Assembly (NCBI GenBank): GCA_020636135.1
Contig: JACJYK010000001.1
Coordinates: forward strand, 2,930,924-2,994,923
Direction: 5' to 3'
Length of the DNA: 64,000 nucleotides
Source of the DNA: Lewinellaceae bacterium
Lineage (GTDB): Bacteria > Bacteroidota > Bacteroidia > Chitinophagales > Saprospiraceae
Both the position numbers and the translations under genes were made by a program. The notes under the pieces are model-generated. The model saw only the letters and a program-made list of their open reading frames with translations, searched no databases and had not been told where the DNA came from. This document shows, in pieces, positions 19,631 through 30,643 of this stretch; the stretch's first letter is position 1; each line of letters begins with the position of its first letter.

Positions 19631-21538
19631 TTAAGAAACCTCCTCTTCTTCCGGCATCTCCATCACCTCCGCTTCTTTTACCGCACCGTTGACCTCATCA
19701 ATCTCCACCTTGAGGTTGTCGATGATAAACTGCTGTCGCTCCATGGAGTTCTTACCCATGTAGTAATCCAGGAGCTGATCCATATGGGTATTCTCATTGA
19801 GGACTACCGGCTGGAGGTGGATGTTCTCTCCGATAAAATCTCCGAATTCATCCGGTGATATCTCCCCAAGACCTTTGAACCGGGTAATCTCCGCTTTGCC
19901 GCGCAGCTTCTTGATGGCAGCCTGCTTTTCTGCTTCGGAGTAACAATAGTAGGTTGACTTTTTATCGCGGACGCGGAACAGAGGCGTATCCAGGATATAC
20001 AGGTGACCAGCACGAACGAGGTCCGGGAAAAACTGCAGAAAGAAGGTCAGGAGCAGCAGCCGGATGTGCATGCCATCCACATCGGCATCGGTGGCAATGA
20101 CTACGCGGTTGTAACGCAGGTATTCGATGCCGTCCTCGATGTTCAGTGCATGCTGAAGGAGGTTGAATTCCTCGTTCTCATACACGACTTTCTTGGTTAA
20201 TCCGTAGCAGTTCAATGGTTTACCCCGCAAGCTGAATACTGCCTGGGTGCCTACATCACGGGCCTTGGTGATCGATCCACTGGCGGAATCTCCTTCGGTG
20301 ATGAATACGGTAGTGCGGGCCAAGGTCTCTTCATCCACCCTTTTTTCATCGAAATGGTAGCGGCAGTCGCGCAATTTCTTATTGTGGAGATTGGCCTTTT
20401 TGGCACGCTGATTAGCCAGCTTTTTGATACCGGCAATTTCCTTGCGTTCACGCTCAGACTGAAGTATCCTCTTTAATAAAGCATCAGCAACCTGGGCATG
20501 CTTGTGCAGGTAATTATCCAGCTCCTTGCTGATAAAATCATTAACAAACGTCCGCAGCGTGGGACCATCAGGAGCGATGGTCTGCGATCCCAATTTGGTT
20601 TTTGTCTGAGACTCAAACACCGGCTCTTCTATGCGAACGGAAATAGCTCCAATCACCGAAGACCGCACGTCCTTGGGATCAAAATCCTTTTTGTAAAATC
20701 CGCGGATGGTATTTACTATCGCCTCGCGGAAGGCAGTCAGGTGTGTACCGCCCTGCGTGGTGTACTGGCCATTGACATAAGAATAATATTGTTCACCGTA
20801 GTGCTGGCCGTGGGTAAGGGCAATTTCGATATCTTCTCCTACCAGGTGAATGATGGGATACCGCAACTCCTCATCCGCCGTCTTGCGCTCCAGCAGATCC
20901 AGTAGGCCGTTCTTGGAAACCAGGGTCTGCCCATTGAAGCGAATTTTCATGCCCGCATTCAAATACGCATAATTCCAGAGCTGGTTCTCTACCAGTTCCA
21001 GGTTGTATTTATACTTTTTGAAAATGGAATGATCTGCTGTAAAAACGACCTTCGTACCGTCCGGTTCGGTGGTCTTAATCAATTTAGACTCCTGCCGCAA
21101 ATCACCTTGTTCAAATACAGCCTGTTTCATTTTGCCCTCGCGGTAAGCTTCGACCGTAAAGTGGTCCGACAATGCATTGACGGCTTTGGTACCCACCCCA
21201 TTCAGACCGACCGATTTCTTGAAGGCCTTCGAATCGTACTTGGCTCCGGTGTTGATGCGGGACACGCATTCGACCACCTTTCCCAGGGGAATGCCGCGCC
21301 CGTAATCACGAATCGTCACTTCCCGGTCATTGATGATCACGTCAATTACTTTCCCGAAACCCATGACATACTCGTCGACTGCATTGTCAAACACCTCCTT
21401 TAACAGGATGTAGATGCCATCATCGGGTGCACTTCCATCACCCAGTTTACCGATGTACATACCGGGACGCAACCGGATGTGCTCTTTCCAATCCAGGGAT
21501 TTGATGTTATCTTCTGTATACTGAACCGGGTTACTCAT
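19631..21538 (-). CDS. parE: DNA topoisomerase IV subunit B (type IIA topoisomerase ATPase subunit)
   Basis: 635 aa. The N-terminus [29 protein letters not shown], the GHKL ATPase domain, and the Toprim and EGDSA motifs look more like ParE than GyrB. Confidence 0.7.
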   Translation of the reverse strand: MSNPVQYTEDNIKSLDWKEHIRLRPGMYIGKLGDGSAPDDGIYILLKEVFDNAVDEYVMGFGKVIDVIINDREVTIRDYGRGIPLGKVVECVSRINTGAKYDSKAFKKSVGLNGVGTKAVNALSDHFTVEAYREGKMKQAVFEQGDLRQESKLIKTTEPDGTKVVFTADHSIFKKYKYNLELVENQLWNYAYLNAGMKIRFNGQTLVSKNGLLDLLERKTADEELRYPIIHLVGEDIEIALTHGQHYGEQYYSYVNGQYTTQGGTHLTAFREAIVNTIRGFYKKDFDPKDVRSSVIGAISVRIEEPVFESQTKTKLGSQTIAPDGPTLRTFVNDFISKELDNYLHKHAQVADALLKRILQSERERKEIAGIKKLANQRAKKANLHNKKLRDCRYHFDEKRVDEETLARTTVFITEGDSASGSITKARDVGTQAVFSLRGKPLNCYGLTKKVVYENEEFNLLQHALNIEDGIEYLRYNRVVIATDADVDGMHIRLLLLTFFLQFFPDLVRAGHLYILDTPLFRVRDKKSTYYCYSEAEKQAAIKKLRGKAEITRFKGLGEISPDEFGDFIGENIHLQPVVLNENTHMDQLLDYYMGKNSMERQQFIIDNLKVEIDEVNGAVKEAEVMEMPEEEEVS

Positions 21539-21699
21539 ACTAGTAGTTTTCTTAATTTATCTGGGCGTCAAAGGTAATAAGTTCCATATGCAGAATGTGT
21601 CTCACCTTCAGCCTGAACAAATTTAACAATCATATTATTAAAAACAATAACATAAACCAGGGCAGGGTCTGGGAATAAGTACCAGGCAAATGGATTGGG

Positions 21700-22194
21700 T
21701 CAGTGTTTCTTCAGGGAGGACAACCGTTTGGCGACGGTCGGGAATGCCGCGTGGGTAAACAGATAGGTGGGTTTTTCCAGGGTAACCGGCAGACGATAGG
21801 TCTTCATGAACCCTTGAAAGAAGCCATTAAGTGTTACCTCGTCGATGTACTTGGAATTGGGCTTTAAAAAATAGGCCAGGTGTTCCAGTTGACCATTAGG
21901 AGCCCAAAATGCATAAAGCAGTAGCTGCAGGCCATCGAGGTCAACACCTACTTCTTCGGAATACATATCCATTTTTTGGAGCATATCGGTCCAGTAGGCA
22001 TAGGCCCGTTCATGGTCCTGGTCCAGCTGGCTGGCCAGGTGGTTGTATTTCAGGAATAGTTGTTCAAATGCTTCCGTATGGTCTCCGATATGGAATACCG
22101 CAGCAAGGGTATCTTTGGGTACCTGCGCTCCCGCAACCACCACACCAAAAATGCCCCAGATCAGTAAAATAATATGCCGACGGATGCTATTCAT
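21700..22194 (-). CDS. Hypothetical secreted protein
   Basis: 164 aa with a signal peptide MNSIRRHIILLIWGIFGVVVAGAQ. No recognisable motifs. Confidence 0.4.
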   Translation of the reverse strand: MNSIRRHIILLIWGIFGVVVAGAQVPKDTLAAVFHIGDHTEAFEQLFLKYNHLASQLDQDHERAYAYWTDMLQKMDMYSEEVGVDLDGLQLLLYAFWAPNGQLEHLAYFLKPNSKYIDEVTLNGFFQGFMKTYRLPVTLEKPTYLFTHAAFPTVAKRLSSLKKH

Positions 22195-22363
22195 CGGAGA
22201 TTTTATCCCTTAAATATAACAATTTCAATGCATATATTGCACCGGCCTTCATCTGACCGCGCTCAGCGTATGTCTAATATAAACAGCCGGCGCTCTAATT
22301 CAGTGCAAGATTAGGCATATTTACTTTAATATTAACGCAAATATCTTACCAAATACCTTTAAC

Positions 22364-22918
22364 ATGATCCTAGATCTCTTTCTGGTTCTCATTGCTGCTT
22401 TCGGATTTTACATGGGATACTCCCGCGGGGTCATCAAAACGGTTTTCACGGTTGTCGGCGTTTTGCTTGGCATCCTGATCACCCTTAAGCTCTCGCCCAT
22501 CGTCATCGGATTTTTGGAAGGTCTCTTTGACCGGCAAAATCCCTGGATCTTCATCCTGGGTTTTGTGGGCACTTTTATACTGATTCTGGCCCTGGTACGG
22601 TTTACCGGAAAAAACCTGGAGAATTTATTCAAAGCCGTCAAACTCAATTTTGTCAATAAGATCGCAGGCGGAGCCTTGCTCAGTTTGCTGTTTATCATCT
22701 GTTTCTCCTACGTGGTCTGGTTTCTGGACCGCACACACCTGGTTAGTGATTCGACTAAAAACCGGTCGGTGACTTACCCTGTCCTGGCAGTAATGCCGGA
22801 GCAGACAAAATTGGTCGCTGAAAAATTGAAACCGGTCTTTCGCGAATTCTGGGACAAGACCGTGCAGATCATCGATGGCATCAAAGAATCTTCCGAGCAA
22901 AACAAGATAACCAACTGA
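22364..22918 (+). CDS. cvpA: CvpA-family membrane protein (colicin V production protein homologue)
   Basis: 184 aa. N-terminal MILDLFLVLIAAFGFYMGYSRG and 4 TM helices, typical of CvpA. Confidence 0.7.
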   Translation: MILDLFLVLIAAFGFYMGYSRGVIKTVFTVVGVLLGILITLKLSPIVIGFLEGLFDRQNPWIFILGFVGTFILILALVRFTGKNLENLFKAVKLNFVNKIAGGALLSLLFIICFSYVVWFLDRTHLVSDSTKNRSVTYPVLAVMPEQTKLVAEKLKPVFREFWDKTVQIIDGIKESSEQNKITN

Positions 22919-23142
22919 AATCATTTTGAACACTGACCCAGATCCAGGTAATCCTTACTCTGCTATGCTACCTTGAGGAAGATGGAGCGCGTCTTCCGTT
23001 AGAATATCAGGAAAGAGGTAATCGTAAACGCGTTAATCGCAACAACTATTCCTTGCGAGACGCTTTAGATACGATTCCGGACTTCTGACTATTTCCAGTA
23101 CGCCTGGAGTAAGCAGTGTTTGAGAATTGATTAATGAGAGAT

Positions 23143-23173
23143 GGGGCATTCCTGCGGGGATGCCCATTTTTTT
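23143..23173 (+). terminator. Rho-independent terminator downstream of cvpA
   Basis: Hairpin GGGCAT-tcctgcgggg-ATGCCC followed by ATTTTTTT. Confidence 0.5.
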
Positions 23174-23249
23174 CGGAAGGACATTATTCCAGCTGAGGCC
23201 TTCATCCATCGCTGATTGGGTGCTAAGGTAACAGCGATGTAGGGGATTA

Positions 23250-23966
23250 TTATCCGCGCTTCAGATTACCTTCATCGTCCCATTCTGCCTGCAACTCTCT
23301 TTCATCCGGGGTGACGCACACGTCCAGCGTGCGCTGGTCGTAGGACAGGCCGTGCTTATCAAGAACTTCCTGGGGAACACCGTCCCACACATTGGGTGTA
23401 TTTCCGACATAACCCAGATCCTTGATTCCCAGCTTGGAGGTGAAAAACCCGGTAGCCGTGAGATTACGTACGGTATTGAAAAACCGGACGCCGGACTGAT
23501 AGGCAGGTTCCACCTCGGCAGGATAAGCCAGTTTATCCAGAAAAGCTTTTTGATCTTCCGGTGAGCAATCCATGAAAGCTTTTTCGTGCAATGCCAGAGT
23601 CTGGTGATCCAGCCACATCAGGCCTCCCCGCATGGTATTCTGATAGCCGGGTTGGTCTTTCATAATGAAATCGATGAATGCCGGCACTTCCGCTTCGGTG
23701 GCGCTGCCGGATACATCATCCGCTGGTATGATCAAATCACAGAGCACCGCCAGCGTCGCCATTTCATGGGCATTGAAGAAAGGTTCTTTCATCAGGGACT
23801 GATCCCTCTTTTGTTCCTCCGGTGTACGGCCATAGGCTTCCGTAGAACCGGTCTCCGCCGGCATGGACGAGGTCTCCTCCTTCGTGGCCGGATTGCAACC
23901 ATGGATCAACAATCCACCGGCAATACCTCCGGCTACTAACGTCTTAAGGCTGTTTCTTCTATCCAT
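23250..23966 (-). CDS. Gluconate 2-dehydrogenase subunit 3 family protein (small Tat-signal subunit of a GMC oxidoreductase complex)
   Basis: The internal start MDRRNSLKTLVAGGIAGGLLIHGC gives a twin-arginine signal. It abuts the stop of the upstream GMC oxidoreductase gene. Confidence 0.7.
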   Translation of the reverse strand: MDRRNSLKTLVAGGIAGGLLIHGCNPATKEETSSMPAETGSTEAYGRTPEEQKRDQSLMKEPFFNAHEMATLAVLCDLIIPADDVSGSATEAEVPAFIDFIMKDQPGYQNTMRGGLMWLDHQTLALHEKAFMDCSPEDQKAFLDKLAYPAEVEPAYQSGVRFFNTVRNLTATGFFTSKLGIKDLGYVGNTPNVWDGVPQEVLDKHGLSYDQRTLDVCVTPDERELQAEWDDEGNLKRG

Positions 23967-23968
23967 GA

Positions 23969-25708
23969 TCAAAGATTTTGCTTTTTCATTTCGGACATTA
24001 AATATTCGGAGGCACGGATTGCCAGTGCCATGATGGTCCACGTCGGGTTTTTATCCGCCTGCGAAACAAATGGTCCTCCGTCCATGACAAAAAGGTTGGC
24101 AACATCGTGCGCCTGATTGTAAGCATTGACGGCCGAGGTCCTTGGGTCATTACCCATCCTTACCGTTCCAACTTCATGAATGATACGCCCCGGTGCGGCA
24201 AGTCCATAGTCGGATTCCGGCCCCGGCTTATTGCCCAGCAGGATACCACCTGCCTGGGTGATGATCTCTTCAAAGGTATCCTGCATGTGCTTGGCCTGGT
24301 TGCGTTCGTGATCACTCCAGGTGTAGTGAAAGCGCAATACTGGGATGCCATATTTATCGACGGTGTCCGGATCTATTTCGCAATAGTTGTCTTCCCGGGC
24401 TATGCATTCGCCACGACCTGACATACCGAAAGTAGCACCATAAAAGCGACGCAGATCTGCTTTAAAGCCGGCACCATATCCACCAGCGCGATGGTTCTCG
24501 CCATTAGCCCCGGCGACCTGGCCGTTCAGGCTTTCCAGTCCGAACCCAAATCCGTAACCCGGCATACCCATGCCACCCCAGTATTCGATATGATATCCAC
24601 GCGGGAAATTCAATTTCTTATTGTCGAGCCACCAGGGTGTATACACATGCATACCGCCTACCCCGTCTTCGTTATACCGCTCTCTGTCCAGCAAATCTGG
24701 CAATAAGCCCATGCGCGATGCCCCGGTTGAATCATGGAGGTATTTCCCGACCACATTGCTGCTGTTGGCCAGGCCATTCGGATGCCGGCTGGATTTACTG
24801 TTCAGCAACAGCCGGGCTGATTCACATGCGCTGGCCGCCAGGATAATGGTTTTACCGCGTACCTGGTATTCGCGTAAGTCTTCTTTGTTGATGTAGGAGA
24901 TCGCTTTGGCTTTTCCTTCCGTATCGGTGATTACCTCACGTGCCATTGCATTTACGTACAGGTCCACATTTCCAGTGTCCAATGCCGGCTTAACCAATAC
25001 CGAACTGGACGAAAAGTCGCCGTAAACCATACAGGAACGGGAACATTGCTGGCAGTAAAAACAAACACCCCGGTCTTTATTGATCCGTCGCGTCAGGATA
25101 GAAAGTCTGGCCGGTATGACCGGAATATTGACCTTACCTGCACCTTTTTTGATGAACATCTCATGCAACCGTGGCTTGGGAGGTGGCAGGAAGAAGCCAT
25201 CAGGTTCGTTGTACATGCCTTCTTTAGAGCCAAAAACTCCGACCATTTTATCCAGCCGGTCGTAGTACGGCTTTACATCATCGTATCCGATGGGCCAGTC
25301 ATCTCCCAGGCCATCCATACTACGACGCTTGAAGTCATACGGGCCAAAACGCAGGGAGATGCGCCCCCAATGGTTGGTACGTCCACCCAGCATGCGCGAC
25401 CGGAACCAGTCAAATTCGGTCCCGTTTTTACGCGTGTAGGGCTCACCATCGATTTCCCAGCCACCATACGCCATATCAAAATCGCCGAATGCACGTGTAG
25501 TGCCTGCTCCCCGCCGGGGTGACATCCACGGCCACTTCAACTGTGTTTGTTGCTCCGGATTTTTTGGATCGAAGTTCGGACCTGCTTCCAGCAACGCCAC
25601 CTTTAATCCTCCTTCAGCTAACATTTTGGCGGCCATACCACCTCCTGCTCCCGATCCCACAATGACAACGTCGTAGACGGTCGGTTGCTCGATAATCTGA
25701 AAAGACAT
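23969..25708 (-). CDS. GMC-family FAD-dependent oxidoreductase
   Basis: 579 aa. N-terminal FAD-binding fold VYDVVIVGSGAGGGMAAKMLAEGGLKVALLEAG and the C-terminal GMC domain. Confidence 0.8.
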   Translation of the reverse strand: MSFQIIEQPTVYDVVIVGSGAGGGMAAKMLAEGGLKVALLEAGPNFDPKNPEQQTQLKWPWMSPRRGAGTTRAFGDFDMAYGGWEIDGEPYTRKNGTEFDWFRSRMLGGRTNHWGRISLRFGPYDFKRRSMDGLGDDWPIGYDDVKPYYDRLDKMVGVFGSKEGMYNEPDGFFLPPPKPRLHEMFIKKGAGKVNIPVIPARLSILTRRINKDRGVCFYCQQCSRSCMVYGDFSSSSVLVKPALDTGNVDLYVNAMAREVITDTEGKAKAISYINKEDLREYQVRGKTIILAASACESARLLLNSKSSRHPNGLANSSNVVGKYLHDSTGASRMGLLPDLLDRERYNEDGVGGMHVYTPWWLDNKKLNFPRGYHIEYWGGMGMPGYGFGFGLESLNGQVAGANGENHRAGGYGAGFKADLRRFYGATFGMSGRGECIAREDNYCEIDPDTVDKYGIPVLRFHYTWSDHERNQAKHMQDTFEEIITQAGGILLGNKPGPESDYGLAAPGRIIHEVGTVRMGNDPRTSAVNAYNQAHDVANLFVMDGGPFVSQADKNPTWTIMALAIRASEYLMSEMKKQNL

Positions 25709-25988
25709 AAGCCAACAATTCTATTCTTGCATTGAAGATGGTAAAAAAGATTGAAACTCGGCAAATACCCACGCAAAGTATTCATGAATTCCGTTCCACA
25801 AGTACACAACGCTGGTCCACATTACGCAATGACCCGCAGAGCTTACCGGATCAACGCCGGCAGACCCGCAGATCATCCGACAAACTCAACTATTTTATTA
25901 TCTTTCCGCCCGCTCTGAACCAATGAAACCCGAGCAGGCCTTTCCGGGTTTATACCGATTGTTATTGTATCATGTAAAGTGTTGTCAC

Positions 25989-26567
25989 ATGCTTAATTTA
26001 ATTTTGTTTGGACCTCCGGGTTCCGGAAAAGGCACGCAGGCGATCAAAATCGCTGAAGCTTACGACTTAATCCATATTTCTACCGGTGACCTGTTTCGTT
26101 ATGAAATGGGTAATAATACCCCGCTTGGTCTGAAAGCAAAAGAATACATCTCACAGGGTGCACTTGTACCCGATGAAATCACCATCGGAATGCTTGCCAA
26201 TAAACTGGATCACCACCTGGATTCCAATGGGTTCATCCTGGACGGATTTCCCCGCACGATCCCGCAGGCAGAAGCGCTGGATGAATTATTCGCTTCCCGG
26301 GGCTGGACGATTGACCTGCTGCTGGCACTCGAAGTGTCAGAAGATGAAATTGTCACCCGGATCCTGAAGCGTGGTGAAACCTCCGGCCGTTCCGACGACC
26401 AGGACGAGTCCATCATACGCAACCGGATCCGTGAATACGAAGCCAAAACTGCACCTTTGTTCGCGTTCTATCAGGAAAAAGGAAAAGCTTCAACCCTCAA
26501 TGGCATCGGCTCCATCGAAGAAATCTTCGGTGGGCTTTGCGATCTGATCGAACAACATCAGTCTTAA
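25989..26567 (+). CDS. adk: Adenylate kinase
   Basis: ORF 25923-26567. The start [18 protein letters not shown] at 25989 carries the P-loop. LID and NMP-binding regions are present. Confidence 0.85.
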   Translation: MLNLILFGPPGSGKGTQAIKIAEAYDLIHISTGDLFRYEMGNNTPLGLKAKEYISQGALVPDEITIGMLANKLDHHLDSNGFILDGFPRTIPQAEALDELFASRGWTIDLLLALEVSEDEIVTRILKRGETSGRSDDQDESIIRNRIREYEAKTAPLFAFYQEKGKASTLNGIGSIEEIFGGLCDLIEQHQS

Positions 26568-26592
26568 ACCGTTCTTCTGGTATTATCATCGT

Positions 26593-27588
26593 ATGGCCGA
26601 CCAGAATTTTGTTGATTATGTAAAAATTTGCTGCCGCTCCGGTAAGGGCGGAGCAGGTTCACCTCATTTGCACCGGGCTAAGTTCAACCCTAAAGGAGGG
26701 CCTGACGGTGGCGATGGTGGCCGGGGTGGGCATATACTGGTACGGGGCAACAATCAACTCTGGACTTTACTTCATCTGAAATACCGCAAACATGTCATTG
26801 CCGGTCATGGTCAGCCCGGAGCAGGCCAGGAAATGACCGGTGCGGATGGCGACGATGTGATCCTCGACGTACCGTTGGGCACGGTGGCCAAGGATGCCGA
26901 AACCGGTGAGATCCATTTTGAGATCACCGAAGAAGGAGAAACCAAAATCCTGGTTCCCGGAGGCCGCGGCGGACTCGGAAATGTTCACTTTAAATCTGCA
27001 ACCAATCAGACTCCGCGTTACGCCCAACCGGGAGAGCCAGGCAGGGAAGAATGGAAGATCCTGGAGCTAAAGTTGTTGGCTGATGTCGGCCTGGTAGGAT
27101 TTCCCAATGCAGGAAAATCAACGCTCCTCTCCAGCATCAGTGCAGCCAAACCCAAGATAGCAGACTATGCATTCACCACCCTGACTCCAAATCTGGGGGT
27201 AGTTCCCTACCGTGACAACCGTTCTTTTGTAGTAGCGGATATCCCTGGAATCATCGAAGATGCACACCTGGGCAAAGGACTGGGTCTGCGCTTCCTAAGG
27301 CACATCGAACGCAATGCCGTCCTGCTCTTCATGATCTCCTGCGAAGAAAACGAACCTACCAAGACCTATCATACCCTGACCCATGAACTCCATGAATTTA
27401 ATCCGGAACTCATGGATAAACCACGGATCATTGCGATCACCAAATCAGATCTTATTGATAAGGAATGGGAAGACCTGCTCCGGCCACAATTACCAAAAGA
27501 TGTTCCGGTAGTATTCATTTCGGCGGTATCAGGTTACGGCCTCGACCGGTTGAAAGACCTGTTGTGGAAAATGCTCAATGAGTGGTGA
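26593..27588 (+). CDS. obg: GTPase Obg/CgtA
   Basis: 331 aa. Glycine-rich Obg fold GGxGGxGG ([12 protein letters not shown]) and the GTPase motifs GFPNAGKST and DIPG. Confidence 0.85.
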   Translation: MADQNFVDYVKICCRSGKGGAGSPHLHRAKFNPKGGPDGGDGGRGGHILVRGNNQLWTLLHLKYRKHVIAGHGQPGAGQEMTGADGDDVILDVPLGTVAKDAETGEIHFEITEEGETKILVPGGRGGLGNVHFKSATNQTPRYAQPGEPGREEWKILELKLLADVGLVGFPNAGKSTLLSSISAAKPKIADYAFTTLTPNLGVVPYRDNRSFVVADIPGIIEDAHLGKGLGLRFLRHIERNAVLLFMISCEENEPTKTYHTLTHELHEFNPELMDKPRIIAITKSDLIDKEWEDLLRPQLPKDVPVVFISAVSGYGLDRLKDLLWKMLNEW

Positions 27589-27604
27589 TTAAAATTTCAA
27601 ATTG

Positions 27605-28372
27605 TCAGGGCAGGATCTTAAATGCATCCTGATCCCGGAGAAATGCATATTGCCTGCGGAATTCCTGCAGTTTTTCCCGGTCCAATTCGGCATATAGCAG
27701 GTCTTCATCGTCTTTTTTTGTGGCTATTTCTTCACCCTGGTAATCAATGATCGCACTTTCGCCGGAATAATAATTACCCGATTCATCCCAGCCTACCCGG
27801 TTCACGCCCAGAACAAAACACTGATTCTCAATGGCCCGGGCTTTCAGCAGAGAAGTCCATGCCTGGCTGCGCACCTGTGGCCAGTTTGCTACATACAGCA
27901 ATAGATCATAGCCGGACGTATTGCGACTCCAGACCGGAAAACGCAAGTCATAGCAAACCAAAGGCACACAGGTCCATTCCCGGAAGGTAACACTCAATCG
28001 TTTCTTACCTGCAGTATAGGTCTGATCCTCTCCGGCATAGGAAAAAAGATGTTTCTTATCGTAATGGACAATCTGGCCGTCCGGAAGCTGCCAGATCAAT
28101 CGATTGTAATAACGTGACCCTTCCCGGATGATAATGCTTCCCACAATCGCTGCATCCATCTGTCTGGCCTTTTCCTTCATCCAGAGGATGCTCGGCCCAT
28201 CCATCGTTTCCGACTGGCTCATGGCATGCATGGTAAATCCGGTCGTAAACATTTCCGGTAGAACGATCAGATCCGTATCGCCCGGAACGCGCTGCATCAG
28301 TTGATCCAGATGATCCCGGTTAGCCTGGGCATCCTCCCAATGGATGTTGCTTTGGATAAGAGTTACCTTCAT
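27605..28372 (-). CDS. Carbon-nitrogen hydrolase (nitrilase-superfamily amidohydrolase)
   Basis: 255 aa. Starts MKVTLIQSNIHWEDAQAN. The nitrilase-superfamily E-K-C triad context is present (LPEMF, a C in VCYDLRFP). Confidence 0.7.
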   Translation of the reverse strand: MKVTLIQSNIHWEDAQANRDHLDQLMQRVPGDTDLIVLPEMFTTGFTMHAMSQSETMDGPSILWMKEKARQMDAAIVGSIIIREGSRYYNRLIWQLPDGQIVHYDKKHLFSYAGEDQTYTAGKKRLSVTFREWTCVPLVCYDLRFPVWSRNTSGYDLLLYVANWPQVRSQAWTSLLKARAIENQCFVLGVNRVGWDESGNYYSGESAIIDYQGEEIATKKDDEDLLYAELDREKLQEFRRQYAFLRDQDAFKILP

Positions 28373-28531
28373 TTAGGTGTCCGATAAATTATTGAAAGCT
28401 CCAAAATAAGCTAATAACTGTTTTTAATGGACAATTATGATGTGAAACCCGGCAGATGGAGATTTGAAATTAATACGGAAGGTGGTACGGCAAATCATGG
28501 CTGGCAGGAATCCGGAACGATTCAGGTACCA

Positions 28532-28600
28532 TAAAAAAAAGAGACGTATTTGGAGGTACGTCTCTTTTTATGAATCGGTAACGAAACAGTTTCGTTACTC
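28532..28600 (-). terminator. Tandem rho-independent terminators downstream of rplY
   Basis: A 21-nt perfect palindrome GTAACGAAACAGTTTCGTTAC lies 15 nt after the rplY stop. It is followed by the hairpin AGAGACGTA-tttggagg-TACGTCTCT, flanked by an A-run and a T-run (bidirectional in shape). Confidence 0.55.
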
Positions 28601-28614
28601 TCCGCCTTCAAAGA

Positions 28615-29190
28615 TTAATCTTGCTTGGATGTAGCTGAACGCAGAGCACGTGGAATGGTCACGGTAGCTACCGGAATGGAGGGAGCGTTCAGGATCTCCA
28701 CACCTTCTACTTTTTCAATGTCACGCACCCGGACTGTCTGTCCCAGATCCAAACCAGACACATCAACAGTCACTTCGGAAATCAGGTTTTCCGGCATTAC
28801 TTTCACTGAAATATTACGCATTTTGGTAACCAACTTTCCACCCAGTTTCACACCTGGTGAGGCACCTTTGGTTGCCAGTGGCACATTGATTTTCACTTTA
28901 TGCCCGGGCGTTAATTTCAAAAAGTCGATGTGGATCACCTCGTCGGTTAGACGATCGAGCTGCACATCCTTAAGAATGCATTTATGGATGGTTCCGTCAA
29001 CGTTGACTTCTGCCACCTTAAATTGAGAGGTATAGACCAGTTTCTTTACATCGTGTGGGTCTACAGTAAACGTTATATTGGTATCGGCACCATACAAAAC
29101 ACATGGGATCAGGCCTTCATTGCGTACTTGTTTGGCCCATTTGGTTCCCAGTTCCTGACGTGAACTTCCGTTTATGGTTATAATTTCCAT
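28615..29190 (-). CDS. rplY: 50S ribosomal protein L25 / general stress protein Ctc
   Basis: 191 aa. N-terminal MEIITINGSSRQELGTKWAKQVRNEGLIPCVLYG, typical of L25/Ctc. Confidence 0.85.
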   Translation of the reverse strand: MEIITINGSSRQELGTKWAKQVRNEGLIPCVLYGADTNITFTVDPHDVKKLVYTSQFKVAEVNVDGTIHKCILKDVQLDRLTDEVIHIDFLKLTPGHKVKINVPLATKGASPGVKLGGKLVTKMRNISVKVMPENLISEVTVDVSGLDLGQTVRVRDIEKVEGVEILNAPSIPVATVTIPRALRSATSKQD

Positions 29191-29328
29191 CGTTAATATT
29201 TTAACACCTTGTCAAACAGGACTGCAAAGATAATACAAATTCTTATAAGTAAAAGGAATTTCAAAAATTGCCGGACTACCCAGCCAGCGTGTTTAAAGTT
29301 GACCCATGGAGACAGTCTTTGATGGGCA

Positions 29329-30261
29329 TCACCCGTCCACAAACAAAGCAGAGATGGAGCGGTGTTCGTGGGTGTTTCGTATGGCCCGGGCGAATAATTT
29401 AGCGGTGGTCAGCACTTTGATTTTCTCATGCTTTTGCTTTAACGGAATGGTATCCGTCACGATCAGTTCCGAAATTTTGGAATTGGTAATATTTTCAAAT
29501 GCCTTGCCGGACAATACCGGGTGGGTACAAATGGCACGTACACTTTTAGCACCCTTCTCGATCAGTGCATCGGCTGCCTTGCAAAGCGTTCCTGCCGTAT
29601 CTACGATATCATCGACCAGGATGACGTCTGCGCCATCCACTTCACCGATGACCGTGATGCGATCCACCTCATTGGCTTTCTTACGGTACTTGTCACAGAT
29701 CACCAGGTCCCGCTTGAAATATTTGGAGTAGGTCCGCGCCCGCTTCACTCCGCCCACATCCGGAGAAGCGAATATGATGTTGTCCAGTTTTTGGGATTCC
29801 AGATACGGTATGTAGATGGCTTCACTCTTAAGGTGGTCAACCGGGATGTCAAAAAAGCCCTGGATCTGGTCGGCATGAAAATCCATGGTCATCATCCGGT
29901 TAGCACCGGCTGCTTCGATCAGATTCGCAATCAGTTTGGCTGAAATCGGGACCCTGGGTTTATCCTTGCGATCCTGCCGGGCATATCCAAAATAGGGAAT
30001 TACCACACAGATGTATCCGGCAGATGCCCGTTTGGCCGTATCGATCATCATCAATAATTCGAGAAGGTTTTCCGGCGGAGCAAAGGTAGACTGGATAAAA
30101 AATACATACGCACCGCGCACCGATTCATTGATCTCCGTTTGGATTTCACCATCGCTGAACCGGTGAACCGTCAGGCTTCCCAGAGAATATCCGTAATAGT
30201 CAGCTATTTTTTCAGAAAGGGATCGGCTGTTGGTGCCGCCGAAGATCTTTACATCAACCAT
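29329..30261 (-). CDS. prs: Ribose-phosphate pyrophosphokinase
   Basis: ORF 29329-30282. The probable start is MVDVKIFGG at 30261. PRPP-binding and ribose-5-phosphate-binding motifs are present. prs and rplY are adjacent in the same orientation, the conserved prs-ctc arrangement. Confidence 0.85.
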   Translation of the reverse strand: MVDVKIFGGTNSRSLSEKIADYYGYSLGSLTVHRFSDGEIQTEINESVRGAYVFFIQSTFAPPENLLELLMMIDTAKRASAGYICVVIPYFGYARQDRKDKPRVPISAKLIANLIEAAGANRMMTMDFHADQIQGFFDIPVDHLKSEAIYIPYLESQKLDNIIFASPDVGGVKRARTYSKYFKRDLVICDKYRKKANEVDRITVIGEVDGADVILVDDIVDTAGTLCKAADALIEKGAKSVRAICTHPVLSGKAFENITNSKISELIVTDTIPLKQKHEKIKVLTTAKLFARAIRNTHEHRSISALFVDG

Positions 30262-30643
30262 ATTAACTGCTTTGGGATGCATGCCCCGGGCATGACCTGT
30301 TTTTGCTCTTAAGCCGCAAATATATCAATTTGTGAATTGACCTGCTAAGGCCAGTGCTCCTTTATACCGGGCGATACGTTAATTTCCAATGCTGCGCCAG
30401 CAATGCGTTAATTCAAGGAACCAAAAACGATTCCCTACTGCCTTCATCGTCATGTCCCTGTCTGCCAGAATTTCATCAACCATCATTCATTGGATGCTCA
30501 AACAATGGTAAAACATCCCACACTCAAAGAGAGTCATCGAGCCTCACGGAAAACCATCGAGAATTTGCCTTGTTTCGTCGAACAATTTGCCATACCAGGG
30601 TCCTTGCAGTTATTTTTAATAAATACCACGAAATAGGCATTGC

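Noticed and set aside
30283-30643. tRNA or other structured RNA gene in the long prs-nfeD spacer
   Set aside because: I could find no cloverleaf-compatible acceptor/anticodon arrangement and no T-loop GTTCRANYC motif.
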